DNA of 63,970 bases, filler included, from Stramenopiles sp. TOSAG23-2 (GCA_900128395.1; 4 parts of 4 records of this genome joined end to end with filler, not necessarily neighbours in it), one strand, 5' to 3'; counted from the first letter of the whole stretch, positions 11,501 to 22,471 are shown. Notes: generated by a model from the sequence alone, not told the origin. A program made the numbers and translations.

Positions 11501-11883
11501 ATACCATTTCTACAACCACTTATTAAACGTTCTGGGCTATTTTGTGTACGTCGATTCCAATGCAATACTGTTATTGATGTATCATGTGCTTTATGAACTT
11601 GCAACAATTCAGCGCCTTCCGTTCGATATATATAAATATAACCATCTGCATCCGCTGCTACTAATAAGCCTTTTCCTGTTGATAAACATGCACAAGTAAA
11701 TTTTCTATTACCATTAGTTTTTTTTAAATCTTTTCTTGAACGTCTTGATGCACTACCTAAATTAAATCTATCTAATATTTCATTCGTTATGGTGACTACT
11801 TGTGCTGGTACTAAATTTTTCGCTGGGATGACACCAATAGCAAGTATTGGTCCTGACGTTTGTGCTTGTTGCGTATTTCCCAT
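8512..11883 (-). CDS. WD40-repeat protein with a C-terminal CMGC-like pseudokinase
   Basis: WD40 repeats (AHDTSITVLHW...LISGCRNGIVKLWD; LISASKDGRLKGW); kinase subdomains HREIRPSSI, EHFG, AAPE and DIWSVGCV; MGN N-terminus. Confidence 0.8.
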   Translation of the reverse strand: MGNTQQAQTSGPILAIGVIPAKNLVPAQVVTITNEILDRFNLGSASRRSRKDLKKTNGNRKFTCACLSTGKGLLVAADADGYIYIYRTEGAELLQVHKAHDTSITVLHWNRRTQNSPERLISGCRNGIVKLWDLGSTTSSNASSSSSNDSAKQTNDAGTLLYGHGRSFVVELPRPLGGSPPGSPKMSKRRMSAPRIPASKVSSLTYDGEIGRVYIGYANGSIKSFNTNSGAHLVSNETAHRSEISQMVVSRVDPSILPILDRHVLDTIMHLDSTSINNDNNKTNNNDGKNNNTTTTTTIHKSRKKGGGRNFTGSILISASKDGRLKGWNGNLENKAPLFDYDIHVSVLLPSTDHGGDIVFGGTTNGEIFAWQVSRAGLVTLKKIVQNSFGSIIALDYNHNLDVLSMGTSNGYVLLSDKMSDELESNKRDTNNTNITTRVRRLSSTTSLAQSPDNNSNNKTNTIRNVKNLKIEVHNNISNDERNSIIRKQRRRRSNSFTDDTVDNILNKLVEKYESNNNTNDDDNSNNNNNNDNNNNNNITSEPTYNRTDEEWIAISQLYSVALKLSKFQRTKEVIKNANDRMKQWFYNKTNDVDYELKAKESNLYNSHISLVDGKIRNERWTSRRESMIQELEKRHAMEKKQLLQRLDEEEEALSTALPEARRLMAQASQKLSSSFVEARAYCKAEAAHLAQKTLRTIAKREGAGLPVGDDQSKIPPGSPKGGNNNYYISNTPTSNTSVDNNNNLGPGSKIKDRFIIFNRRVTIDESDNGEDSNSTKDKKKGGITTNNNNNYKTRRNVFEALDILKKQRVIVKQFPPQLPLRTDLRHPGLIPLVDLYATTEYTCVMKRWVDTSLASYVKLNQNNESMPVPMIADILYRILEGLKYIHSKDLIHREIRPSSIFLLESPATSTRKFPKAFLEHFGVMKALDGTEATENGSSFAAPEMFGYSAVPSSDIWSVGCVMAWLLQTPVERATTPLFTGNNSREVLTSISQRIGIPKREELKDIFIECQIPKSGKHILLGLIDGTYEKIRKRIAENKAKELGVKDTTSLVAETRAPLERCISKFENGGTGENNVVKDLLLKMICWRPRDRISIQDALQHDFFKQVRIKYERKKRESAAAGK

Positions 11884-12471
11884 GGTTCTCTTGGTTGTAG
11901 TATGTGGTTGTTGTTGTAAAATTACTTTCTTCTTTCAATCATTTTGGTATTTTTTTTTGTAGATCTTATTGTAAATTATAAAATTGTATATATATATTTG
12001 GAATGAGAAGATGTGATAGTATAGTAAATTAATAGTGCATGATGCAGATGTGTCGAATGTAGCCGAATGTACCATTGTAGTGTTGCTATAATAGATAGTC
12101 ACGCCGTTGTTTCCTTCACACTGGCAAAATTGGATCGTAGGCAATGCTGTGTCAATGGTAAATATTCTAGCATAGGACTACGCCTAACACCAGTACAAGC
12201 GCTGGCTGATAGCACTAAAAAAAACTAAAGAATAACAAAAAAATTACCTAAGTACACCAAAATAAATAATAAGTGATATATAGTTTTATATTTACATGTA
12301 GTTACTATTGGAAGAAGTGCAACAACTATTTTTAATAAAACTATTATGCATCTATCATATTTGTATTAATATATATATTTATTTCATTTACAATATCAAA
12401 CTGAAAGAAAGAACATTATAATGCATATAATAAAATCGACATTTGTATTATAAAACAAAGAAACAACGAAT

Positions 12472-13535
12472 ATGCCACAAGACCCATTTGCTAGAGGTTG
12501 TGCGGATCTATCATCAACTACAACATCAGTGGGACGGGACGTATTGCCAACTAGTACGTTTGTATCTATATCACTTTTCTTTGCAAGTATTGGTACGGCT
12601 ATTAAAAGTATATTTCAAAGGTAACAAATATAATTAATTTTTAAAAAAAAGTTAGTCAGTCCTCTACAACTATAACCATAACTGTCCTATATAGTTAGTA
12701 TCGCTACAACAGTGTGCATACCACAATGAAAAATGGTTCGTTTGATATGGACGAACAGCCAGAGAATTCTAAGTTAGATGAAGAAAGTTTAAAGGAAATA
12801 TTCAATAAACATTATACAATAACTTCAAAAGATTCATATCCGGACGTGAAATTTAGAAAAACTAACCGTTTGTCGTTAAAAATGCAAAAGAAACCTTTAG
12901 TTCTGCCAAAAGTTTTAAGAAAAGAATTTAGTCAATCGTCATCTTCATATCAATTTGTTGAAGGTGAAACTATTGAAAGTGTTGAAACATTTTTAGATGA
13001 ACAACATTCACCACGTCTTTTTTTTGAAATGAGTAATAACAGTATAAGCAACAACAACAATAATAATAATAATAATAATAATAAAGGCTTAACAAAGATC
13101 AATAGCGGTAGTAGTAATGAAAATAGTATAATAAATAATACTAAAAACATAAATGAAAAAAATATATACAAAAACATGCATCAGCCATCGCTTGTACCAA
13201 TGTTGAATACAGCTATATCAACAACGAACAATAATCAAGTCGTTAATAATGCAATTTTTCGAAAAGAAAAAGGTACGTATTTGCAATTTGGACTTGGTCA
13301 TACAGTTCCAAATTATGACATCAAACCAAAAATTAAAGATGGGAAGAGGATGTGTAGCGAGTTAGTAGATGAACAAGAATTAAATAAATTTACACATGAA
13401 ATTGTAAATACAGTAGATCATCAAGGTGAAATATTAGATAAATTAAATGAAGAGATGAATGAAACGAGAAAAGATATTAGTAAAGCATATTTATTGATGA
13501 TGAAACATAAAGGTGGGAGTTTTATATTTGATTAA
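12472..13535 (+). CDS. Protein with a C-terminal Q-SNARE-like coiled coil; probable exons 12472-12620 and 12713-13535
   Basis: VDHQGEILDKLNEEMNETRKDISKA resembles a t-SNARE zero-layer Q motif; a GTAACA...CAG intron at 12621-12712 joins an upstream ATG in frame. Confidence 0.55.
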
Positions 13536-13895
13536 AAAAAAAAAGGTGGGTGTGCGTGTATAAAAGTAATGAAAATGTACAGTAAAAAATACGAAAAATA
13601 AATTTTACGAGGGTGTCGTATTATTTTTTATAGGGGCATAATTTATCATGTACTTCGTACCATTTTTTCGTTTTTATATACGAGTACACTCTGCATATAT
13701 ATATATATTAATATATTTAGATTTAAACCACATTATATTCTACTATACTGCTCTTTTTTTTAAATTTATGCTGCAGAGCACACATTTTTCTTTCTCTCCG
13801 TACAAGAATATGGTGTATACTTTTCTTCTGTAAGAGATCTTTTTACATCTTTGCGCAAATTTCATAATCTCTCTTTTAACTTTTACTTTTTTTTT

Positions 13896-15479
13896 TTAAG
13901 CAGTTGGATCTGACCATGCTCTTTTTGATTCTGGAAGTAATGATAAACATTCTTCCTCCGTAAGTGGTACTTTTCTTCTGTCTGGATCTTCCATTTTAGC
14001 AATAATAAAATCAAATACTGGACGAATCTCCCATTCTTTTGCTGCGGAGATCCAACGATTCATCAATGCTTTGTAAAGTGCTAATCCTCGCTCACCATTA
14101 GCAATTGCTCCAAATCCACCAAATGTTGAATAATACCATGAAAATGTTGAACCAAATGAATAATGAACTAAAAATTCATTCCATGAAAATGTACTTTTAT
14201 CAACACCACCGGCAATTAAAGTTTTGTAGTAATGTGCCAAACAATCGTATTCATGTTTTTGCCTAAATTCCGTCGATACGGACTGTGCAAAGAAATACGC
14301 CAATTCCCATCCTGGGTTAATTTCCATTACCAATTGCCAATCAATAGCAATAAACTCAGCAGAGCCATCTTCTTTTTTCATCACTTGCCCTTTATCATCA
14401 TATTTAAAAAACAAGTTATCCAACCTAAAATCACCGTGGCATAACGTGGATGATAAGAAATCTCCCCTCTCTTTCGACATTGCCATCGCATTTACATGTT
14501 TTGCAACCATTCCCTCCCCTGCTAAATAATCACCCCATTCTTTTGCCCATGGATCCATTTCTTGGTTAAACGATGGGAGTGCGGCAAGACCTCCACTCCA
14601 TGTTTGTCCATACATGATTGGAAATACTGCTGGCCAAAATGGATTAGTAAATGTTTTCGCAAATTCAACACATTTTTTCTCAACTGTTTTATTCCAATAT
14701 GTGGCATGTTGTTTTGCTGCAAATTCAAATGTAGTCAAAACAGAACCTTGTTGATCCATGTTTAAACCTTTTACTTGATCACCACATGCCATACCTCGTT
14801 CATTCAAATCTTCAATTAAAACTTGATAACGATATGCAACTGGGTCATATACTGCGAAATAACCTTTAGGTGCTGGTGTTTCAGTGTAATAATGCTTCGT
14901 ATTATATGCTGTACATTCCAATTCCCATGCTCTCATCCCTCTGCACAATCCTCTCAATGGCGCAAAATTAGGGTCTAAAGGAACCGTTTTGTAAATTAAC
15001 GATGTAGGTCCGGAACCTCCTTCATATTCGACTTGGATACGAAAGATACATGATAAAACACCTAAACGTCCATCTTCAGGAGTTTTTACATCACCATTTT
15101 CAATCACTTTTTTCGCAACAATTTTCGATACTGAAGTGTTTTCGTCAATTGTACCACCAGAACGTAATTCAGCTGTTAAAATAGCTTCTGTAACATTACC
15201 GATATGATAAGGAACACACATAGAGCCTTTCGATTTTTCAATAAATTCTTTTTCCCATGGCATAACAGCTTCCAATGGATCTTTTCCTGGTGCTTGATTT
15301 TCACTTTTAGCCATCCATTCATCCACAGTGGCATATTTTTCCTTCATCCATGAAGCATTTTCATGTGATGGGTCGTAACGAAGGAACAATCCAGTTGGAT
15401 TACCATTCATATCTAACACTGGTGCTCCGTCTGAGTTAAGATTAACTGGATTTTTTCTATCAAAATCTGAACTTGACAT
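13896..15479 (-). CDS. APH/choline-kinase-fold phosphotransferase (EcKL-like)
   Basis: Brenner-type motif LCHGDFRLDNLFF, AIDWQL, VLIEDL and AAKQHATYW. Confidence 0.85.
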   Translation of the reverse strand: MSSSDFDRKNPVNLNSDGAPVLDMNGNPTGLFLRYDPSHENASWMKEKYATVDEWMAKSENQAPGKDPLEAVMPWEKEFIEKSKGSMCVPYHIGNVTEAILTAELRSGGTIDENTSVSKIVAKKVIENGDVKTPEDGRLGVLSCIFRIQVEYEGGSGPTSLIYKTVPLDPNFAPLRGLCRGMRAWELECTAYNTKHYYTETPAPKGYFAVYDPVAYRYQVLIEDLNERGMACGDQVKGLNMDQQGSVLTTFEFAAKQHATYWNKTVEKKCVEFAKTFTNPFWPAVFPIMYGQTWSGGLAALPSFNQEMDPWAKEWGDYLAGEGMVAKHVNAMAMSKERGDFLSSTLCHGDFRLDNLFFKYDDKGQVMKKEDGSAEFIAIDWQLVMEINPGWELAYFFAQSVSTEFRQKHEYDCLAHYYKTLIAGGVDKSTFSWNEFLVHYSFGSTFSWYYSTFGGFGAIANGERGLALYKALMNRWISAAKEWEIRPVFDFIIAKMEDPDRRKVPLTEEECLSLLPESKRAWSDPTA

Positions 15480-15821
15480 GATTTGTTACTTTAATTTGTT
15501 CTTTTTTTTTTTTTAATAATTAATATGTAGATTATATTGGATCTTTTTATGATATATATATATATATATATAATAATGTCGTCGAACACTTTTATATTTT
15601 AAATATCTTTACACTTTTATTTTATTTATATTAGATATATATAGCACTCTATATTTACCTGTTAATTTTATTTGGGTGGTTGTTTATAGTTGAAGAAACA
15701 ACATCAAAATTTCGCGCATTTTAGCTGCTATTTGCATGCTATCGCATCAGTCCCATCAGCCACAAGCGAGTTTTGGAGCCGTCTCTTAAAGATTTTCGGA
15801 TTTTTTCCATGATTTTAATCC

Positions 15822-15934
15822 GGCTTTCCTGGCTTTCCAGTTTCCTGGCTTTTCCAGCTTTCCTGGCTTTCCAGCTTTCTGGCTTTCCTGGCTTTCCAGC
15901 TTTCTGGCTTTCCAGCTTTCCATCAGCTTTCCTG
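15822..15934. repeat. GC-rich minisatellite, about 12 units of (G/A)GCTTTCC(T)
   Basis: ggctttcct ggctttcc agctttcct ... read directly. Confidence 0.9.
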
Positions 15935-16069
15935 CGGCATGACGACATTGACTGAACACATATTACATCATCATCAAAAAATCGATCGGAAAAAATCATA
16001 TAAATATATACTAATAGATATTCGTTGATGAATACGTAGCAGTATAAGTATACAGGGAAAAGAACGAAG

Positions 16070-16169
16070 NNNNNNNNNNNNNNNNNNNNNNNNNNNNNNN
16101 NNNNNNNNNNNNNTTAATTAATTAANNNNNNNNNNNNNNNNNNNNNNNNNNNNNNNNNNNNNNNNNNNN
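16070..16169. other. Artificial contig spacer
   Basis: N44-TTAATTAATTAA-N44, with stops in all six frames. Confidence 0.98.
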
Positions 16170-16626
16170 TTAGGATTTTTACCCTATTTCTAACCCGATG
16201 ATCACAGCTCTCTTTGTTGTATTTAGCAGGTATATAGCACCACTAATAGAAAACTACCTCCGCTTTAGTCTATCAATTAGTAAGGGGATATTTGTAGCAG
16301 GTGCATAGCACTATCAGAGAATAAGAATTTCCAGAGGGAAACAAACAAACAAAAATGACAGCACACGTTGTTGTTTTTTTCAAATAAAATAACACTACAC
16401 ACTATGGGGAAAATCATATATATATTTTGATCCGAAAGAATAAAAAAATTAAAAAATAACCGTGTGTGTGTGTGTATGTACACGATCATGTCATACGAAA
16501 ATAAGATTGAAAAACAAGATTGAAAAACAACATTTCTTATATATATACGACAATACCTGTGTGTGTATTTGCGTTTTTGTGTGTGTGTGTGTTTGTTCGC
16601 GCGTGCATGTGTAATAAAATTACAAA

Positions 16627-19600
16627 ATGAAATCAAAATCATTAGAAAACCATTTAAAATGGTTAACAACAACAACATCTTCTTCTTCTTCTTCTTCCTC
16701 TCGTCAACAAAGATCAACAACGACAAATAGTAAAACATTTCCAGATGCAGCGAAATATCGTTTAAATAGACCAACAGAGAATAATAAACGCAATGCTGAA
16801 AATAATGGACGTGATGTTAAAAAAATCATGAATTCAACGGATGATAATCAAAATTATGAAAATGGTAAATCATTTCTTCGTCGAAATGCAAAAAAATCAA
16901 CTGGTTTGAAACCCTTTAAACCGCCAAAGCCTCTTAAACGTGCACCGAAAATAATAATACCAACCAAAAAGAAACAACAAAGTAAGAACAACAGTAGTAG
17001 CGGTTATCCAACAAAAAATACAATGAAAACAAATGAAAATTATCAACAAAATAGTAATAGTAGTAATCATAATAATAATCAATTTGCGAACGGTGGTAGT
17101 AACAACTATAGTACGAATAATAATAAATCAAATAATCAATCAAAAAATACTTCTTCTTTTGATGATTTTGACGATGATGAAGAATTATTCAAATATAAAG
17201 AACCGGAGAATTTTAGTGCTAAAAAGAAAAAGAAGAAGCAAGAGCAAGAACCACGACGACGACAAAATGTTAATAATACTATGACGAGAAATGTAAACAA
17301 TGGGGCAACAAATCAAAATTATGGAATGGATTTTGATGATGATGATGATATGTTTGCTAATATTGACGTAGATAAAGTTGTTGAAAAGACGAAGAAACGA
17401 CAATATAACAACAATTATGATAATAATAATGTAACAACAAGAACGACGACGACGACTAATAATAAAAATAATAACAATTATCACGATACATATAATGAAT
17501 TTGATGATGGTGATGATTTATTTGGTGGTATTGATCCTGATGCACTAGAAAAAGAATCGATACGAAAATTAGAAAGAAAAAAAAGTAGTCATAGTCAAAA
17601 CTCTCAAATATCAATGCGTTCATCTACTGGTTCTTCACAAAATAATAATAATGTCGATATCAATGCTTTAAAAGAACAATTAGAAAAAGCAAAGACAAAA
17701 AAAAAACAGGATGGTGCTGCTATATTGAAAATTATCGACAGCGGAAACGATGTTCCAAATGCAATTAAACTTCGGCAACCTAAATTGAAAAAGCAAATCG
17801 CAGAGTTAGAAAAGAAAATTGAAGATTATAATAATAAGATGCAATTGAACAGCAATATGAATCATACTATTACTAATAATAATAATAATAATTATGATCA
17901 ATATAACAATAATGATAATAATAACAACAACAACAATTATATTAGTACAATCAATGACAGTTTCAATAATGATCGCTCGAATAACAATGGATATGAAAAT
18001 GCTCAAAGTAATCAATATGAAAATAATAATTATGAAACGAATAATATGTACAATGGTGGAAACGATGATTATTATGATAATAATAACAATCCATATGAAA
18101 ATCTTCAAAACCATAATAATAATAATTATAATAATGATTCGTATTCTTCCAATAATAATAATAATAATACATATGAGAATAGTACCAATAGGGGCAATTC
18201 ATATTCGTACAACAGCTATGACATGCCAGCTGGTGGAGCAGGAAGAGATGAAGAATTAGGCATTGGAAAACATACTGACCAATTTTTAAAACAGCGATTG
18301 AAGAGACATTTATATGAAATTTATGGATTTCGTGATTTTCGTGATGGCCAGCTTCGTACAATTACAGCTGCTATGAGAGGACGTGATGCATTTAGTATTA
18401 TGCCGACTGGGCAAGGTAAATCATTAACATATCAACTTCCAGGGATGTTAAATCGTGGCATTACAATAGTTATTTCTCCATTGCTTTCTTTGGTACAAGA
18501 TCAAGTTGATTCGATCAATGTTTTGCAAGATGGAAATTGCGCCGTTTATTTGACCTCTACGCAAGATGAAGAGATTTCTAGGGATATATACAGGCAATTA
18601 TATCGATGTCAGCCAAATTTTAAATTTCTATTTGTCACGCCAGAAAAAGTAGCTAACAGTGGTAGCTTTTCAAATGTTATCGATAAATTAGAAGGTAAAG
18701 GATTGATTGCAAGAATCGTCATTGATGAAGCACATTGTGTTAGTCAATGGGGACATGATTATCGACCGGATTATTTAAGATTGAATATTTTCAAAGAACG
18801 TTGGCCAAATATACCAATACTAGCATTGACTGCCACAGCAACACCAAAGGTTCGTGAAGATATCACTAGAAATTTACGAATGAAAAATCCTGTGATAACA
18901 AAATTAAGTTTCAATCGCCCAAATTTAAAATACGAAGTTATGCCGAAAAAAGGTCAAAAACAAGTCATTAAGGACATGGCAAATTTAATTAAAACAAAAT
19001 ATCGAAACAAATGTGGAATTATTTATTGTCTTTCGCGAAAAAACTGTGAAGATGTAAGCGATGCATTAAATGACGAGTTAGGTGGAAACAGTGTATCGTA
19101 TTATCATGCAAATTTGGAACAGGAGGAAAGACAACGAAGGCATGAAAATTGGAGCAATGATCATGGAATACGTATCATGTGTGCGACAATTGCATTTGGT
19201 ATGGGTATCAATAAACCAGACGTGCGCTTCGTATTTCATTTTTCATTGCCAAAAAGTCCAACGCATTATTACCAGGAAAGTGGTCGTGCCGGCCGTGATG
19301 GTGAACCGGCAGATTGTATCATCTTTTATAATTTTAATGATCGTACGGCACTTCAACATATGATTACGAAAGATAGTGAAACGGGAAGAATGAAACGAAA
19401 TACAATTAGTTTGCAAAATCAAATTGAAAACTTAAATCGAATTCAAGAATATTGTACCAATGAAGTTGTTTGTAGACGTAAAATGTTAATCGAATTTTTT
19501 GGCGATACATATAATCAAAAATGTGAACATGGTATGCTTGTATGTGATAATTGCAAATTAAACAAGTCTCAAGTGAAAGAAGATTTTAAAAATGAAGCAA

Positions 19601-20958
19601 GGGATTTAGTGCGATTAATTGAAAGTACTAGTAATCAACTTACTATTATACAGGCAATCAAATACTATCGTGGAATGAAAAGCACGAGTAAAATTCCAGT
19701 TGATTGTTCCGATCCTACGTTATATGGCAAAGGGAAGAAACGTTCCCGAGCGATATTGGAAAAAGTCATTGCGCATTTAGTTTTAAAAGATGTTTTACAA
19801 ACATGTGATAAGAAAAACGGTATGTTTCGAAGTACTGTTCTTCGTACAGGACGTCAATCGCATTTCGCTAGAGATGGTAAAATTCCATGTTTAATAAGTA
19901 TCGCGACGAAGAAAAAAGGCGTTGATCCTGTCAAAAAGAAGAAAAAGAAAAAGGCGAAAGAAAAAAAGAAGAAACCTCCTGCTGCTAAAAAGCGAGGCAA
20001 AACTGCAAAGAAAAAAAATACAAATAATAATAATCAAGGAATTATTGATATAACAAATGATGCTTTTGATAATACAAGTGAAAATATGTTTCAATCGTAT
20101 GACGGTGGTGGTGGCAATAGTAGTACTAATAATCGTAATAATAATAGAAGCAATTTAAATAATAATACAAAGGCTAAACCTGTATATGATGTTTTTGGTA
20201 GTGAAGATGATGAAGAGAGCGATGATGAAGTTCAACATTATAGTCAAACGAATGAAGAATTGTTGGAAATACGTTTAAAGGATGTAGGTATGAGAAAAAA
20301 ATTGAAAGCACTCATCAAGAAAATCCGTGGTGAATTTGCAAAGAGGAAGAAAACGAAAGTATTTAATATTTTTGGTAATCACGAAGTTGAGAAAATGGCA
20401 AAATATGTACCGACGGACATCGTGCATTTCAAGCATCCAATGTTTAAAATGGTACCTAATATTCAAAAAATGATTGGTCCAGAATTGATACGCTCTATTA
20501 ATACATTTATAAAAGAAAAAAACATTAATCTTGTAAATGAATTCCCCCAGATGACTGAGAAAGAGCAAGAATTTGATACATTGATGTCACAAGATGTTCG
20601 TATTATTGATAATAACCAAACTAATAGCAGTAGTAGTAGCAGCAGGGAGAATGTGATAAATAATTCGAGAAAAAGAAAGAAATCGAGTTTGTATTTTTCG
20701 CCTACGGGTGAGTCGAATCAAAATGAAACGACGACAATGAAAATGAATAATTACAATAGTCAAAATGATGGTGGATTTTCGAATAGTAATGATAATAATA
20801 ATTATCCAAACATACAAAAGAAAAAGAAGAAAAAATTGAAAACGTTTGATGATGGTGATAATAATAATAATAATAATAATAATAGTGTAAATGCAGATGT
20901 TGATATGTTTGGTGATGATGATGCAGAAAATTGGGATGATATGGATCTTGTATGGTAA
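16627..20958 (+). CDS. BLM: RecQ-family DNA helicase (BLM/Sgs1-like)
   Basis: MPTGQGKSLTYQLP, IDEAHCVSQWGHDYRPDY, ALTATAT, AFGMGINKPDVRFV and YYQESGRAGRDG; RQC Cys cluster; HRDC-like region. Confidence 0.93.
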   Translation: MKSKSLENHLKWLTTTTSSSSSSSSRQQRSTTTNSKTFPDAAKYRLNRPTENNKRNAENNGRDVKKIMNSTDDNQNYENGKSFLRRNAKKSTGLKPFKPPKPLKRAPKIIIPTKKKQQSKNNSSSGYPTKNTMKTNENYQQNSNSSNHNNNQFANGGSNNYSTNNNKSNNQSKNTSSFDDFDDDEELFKYKEPENFSAKKKKKKQEQEPRRRQNVNNTMTRNVNNGATNQNYGMDFDDDDDMFANIDVDKVVEKTKKRQYNNNYDNNNVTTRTTTTTNNKNNNNYHDTYNEFDDGDDLFGGIDPDALEKESIRKLERKKSSHSQNSQISMRSSTGSSQNNNNVDINALKEQLEKAKTKKKQDGAAILKIIDSGNDVPNAIKLRQPKLKKQIAELEKKIEDYNNKMQLNSNMNHTITNNNNNNYDQYNNNDNNNNNNNYISTINDSFNNDRSNNNGYENAQSNQYENNNYETNNMYNGGNDDYYDNNNNPYENLQNHNNNNYNNDSYSSNNNNNNTYENSTNRGNSYSYNSYDMPAGGAGRDEELGIGKHTDQFLKQRLKRHLYEIYGFRDFRDGQLRTITAAMRGRDAFSIMPTGQGKSLTYQLPGMLNRGITIVISPLLSLVQDQVDSINVLQDGNCAVYLTSTQDEEISRDIYRQLYRCQPNFKFLFVTPEKVANSGSFSNVIDKLEGKGLIARIVIDEAHCVSQWGHDYRPDYLRLNIFKERWPNIPILALTATATPKVREDITRNLRMKNPVITKLSFNRPNLKYEVMPKKGQKQVIKDMANLIKTKYRNKCGIIYCLSRKNCEDVSDALNDELGGNSVSYYHANLEQEERQRRHENWSNDHGIRIMCATIAFGMGINKPDVRFVFHFSLPKSPTHYYQESGRAGRDGEPADCIIFYNFNDRTALQHMITKDSETGRMKRNTISLQNQIENLNRIQEYCTNEVVCRRKMLIEFFGDTYNQKCEHGMLVCDNCKLNKSQVKEDFKNEARDLVRLIESTSNQLTIIQAIKYYRGMKSTSKIPVDCSDPTLYGKGKKRSRAILEKVIAHLVLKDVLQTCDKKNGMFRSTVLRTGRQSHFARDGKIPCLISIATKKKGVDPVKKKKKKKAKEKKKKPPAAKKRGKTAKKKNTNNNNQGIIDITNDAFDNTSENMFQSYDGGGGNSSTNNRNNNRSNLNNNTKAKPVYDVFGSEDDEESDDEVQHYSQTNEELLEIRLKDVGMRKKLKALIKKIRGEFAKRKKTKVFNIFGNHEVEKMAKYVPTDIVHFKHPMFKMVPNIQKMIGPELIRSINTFIKEKNINLVNEFPQMTEKEQEFDTLMSQDVRIIDNNQTNSSSSSSRENVINNSRKRKKSSLYFSPTGESNQNETTTMKMNNYNSQNDGGFSNSNDNNNYPNIQKKKKKKLKTFDDGDNNNNNNNNSVNADVDMFGDDDAENWDDMDLVW

Positions 20959-21387
20959 AAAACAGAAAGGATAAAAAGAGAAGAGAGTGTACGAACTTCG
21001 TAGGAAGGGGAGAGGGGAGCGTGTATAAAAAGAAGAGCTTTAAATTAGCAGAGACATACAAAATTATATATATATTATATGAATTTTTAATCTTAATACC
21101 CTCGTAAAATATACGATTTTACAAACGACATTCTCGTGAATAATATATCTCCTTATAGAGCAGAGATCACATTCGTTTTTTGATTATACCGTAATTTAAT
21201 ATATGATGTATTTGTTTCATTTTTAATTTTTTTTTGACGTGAAGAAGTTATGGAGAGATCAACCGTTTTCCACATAAATAGTAATCATATATACATACAC
21301 TGCATATGATTCGATTTGGTTTGTACAATTTTCTTCTTCTTTTCTTTTCTTTAATATATTTACAAACAACGTATATTGCTTTTTTTG

Positions 21388-21741
21388 TTAAAGTCGGAAT
21401 AATCTTGTTGGACCAGTTTTTGGCAACTGCATTCCTGGCATCATAATAGTACTTAATCCTTCCAACGATTCACAACTCTCTAATGGTTCGCCTTCATCAC
21501 ATACTTGATTGTTGGATGCTGGATCTAAACAATAAGGACCGCTAACAATTGCAAACGATGCTGAGTTCTTTGGTGAGCGTGATTTTTTTGTACAAAACTT
21601 GCCGGAAAGTGCTACACAAGACGTACAACGGGTACATGCATCGTCTAACTCACAATAATCTGATCCACGCAATGCTATTGGTGGTTTTGCTGTTGTTGCA
21701 ACAATTGCAATTGCAAATAATAATATCGTAATAAATTTCAT
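21388..21741 (-). CDS. Small secreted Cys-rich protein
   Basis: Signal peptide MKFITILLFAIAIVATTA; 8 Cys in about 65 aa. Confidence 0.7.
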   Translation of the reverse strand: MKFITILLFAIAIVATTAKPPIALRGSDYCELDDACTRCTSCVALSGKFCTKKSRSPKNSASFAIVSGPYCLDPASNNQVCDEGEPLESCESLEGLSTIMMPGMQLPKTGPTRLFRL

Positions 21742-22471
21742 CGTAATGGTAATAGGTTTGTTTGTTTATCAATATGTAGTTTTTGTTGTTTCTTCTCTTT
21801 TTTGTATATCAACCTGTCTTGTCTTCAATATATTGTTTTAGTAATGCACTTATCACTTTAACTATCTGCAAAGTTTTAACAGAAAGAACAACTACACCAA
21901 AAACGCAGAGAAATCAATACTATGTACATGCTAATATAAATGGAAAAATCATTATTAAAAAAATATCAGTGATTATGACATGTAAATTTTGGTATTAACA
22001 ATGCCAGCGAACTTGTTTTGCAGATAGATCCTGGTGTGGTATTAATATAGCAATAGTATTACACAGAATAAAAAATCCCAAGGGCACATCTGTTCGCATA
22101 TTGGATCAACAATTGTCAGAGGAATTAGGAGATGCGATATGTTGAAATATCGGAAATTATTTATTTTTTTCGTGTAGGATGTCCGGTATAAAATGGTAAT
22201 AATGGGCATTTAATGCACTATTAACAGTTTCGCGGCATCAACTTTGAGGGACCTTTTTGCAAGTTTCACGGGAAAAAACGTAGAAATACACATAGAAAAT
22301 AGATATATTGTTGGGTATATTGTATATACTTGCAATATATATATATATGTAGTTACAAAAGAAAAGAAAACAAACGTAAAACAAACGAAGAACATATCAA
22401 GATCATATATTATTATACTCTATTACATTAACGAAAAAAAAAAGAAAAAATACAAAACAAAATTCAAAATT

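Noticed and set aside
15739..15999. ORFs with KARKAGK/FPAF repeats
   Set aside because: Translations of the minisatellite
16114..16125. TTAATTAATTAA palindrome, also at 32232 and 48325
   Set aside because: Artificial six-frame stop linker between concatenated contigs; gene neighbourhood across spacers has no biological meaning
16170..16200. Telomere-like words (TTAGG, TAACCC) at a contig start
   Set aside because: Isolated words, not a tandem array
17185..18361. Many Ile/Leu/Tyr-rich antisense or alternate-frame ORFs (also 10241-10690, 51611-52255, 57136-59155)
   Set aside because: Shadows of (AAT)n/(GAT)n codon tracts in real genes
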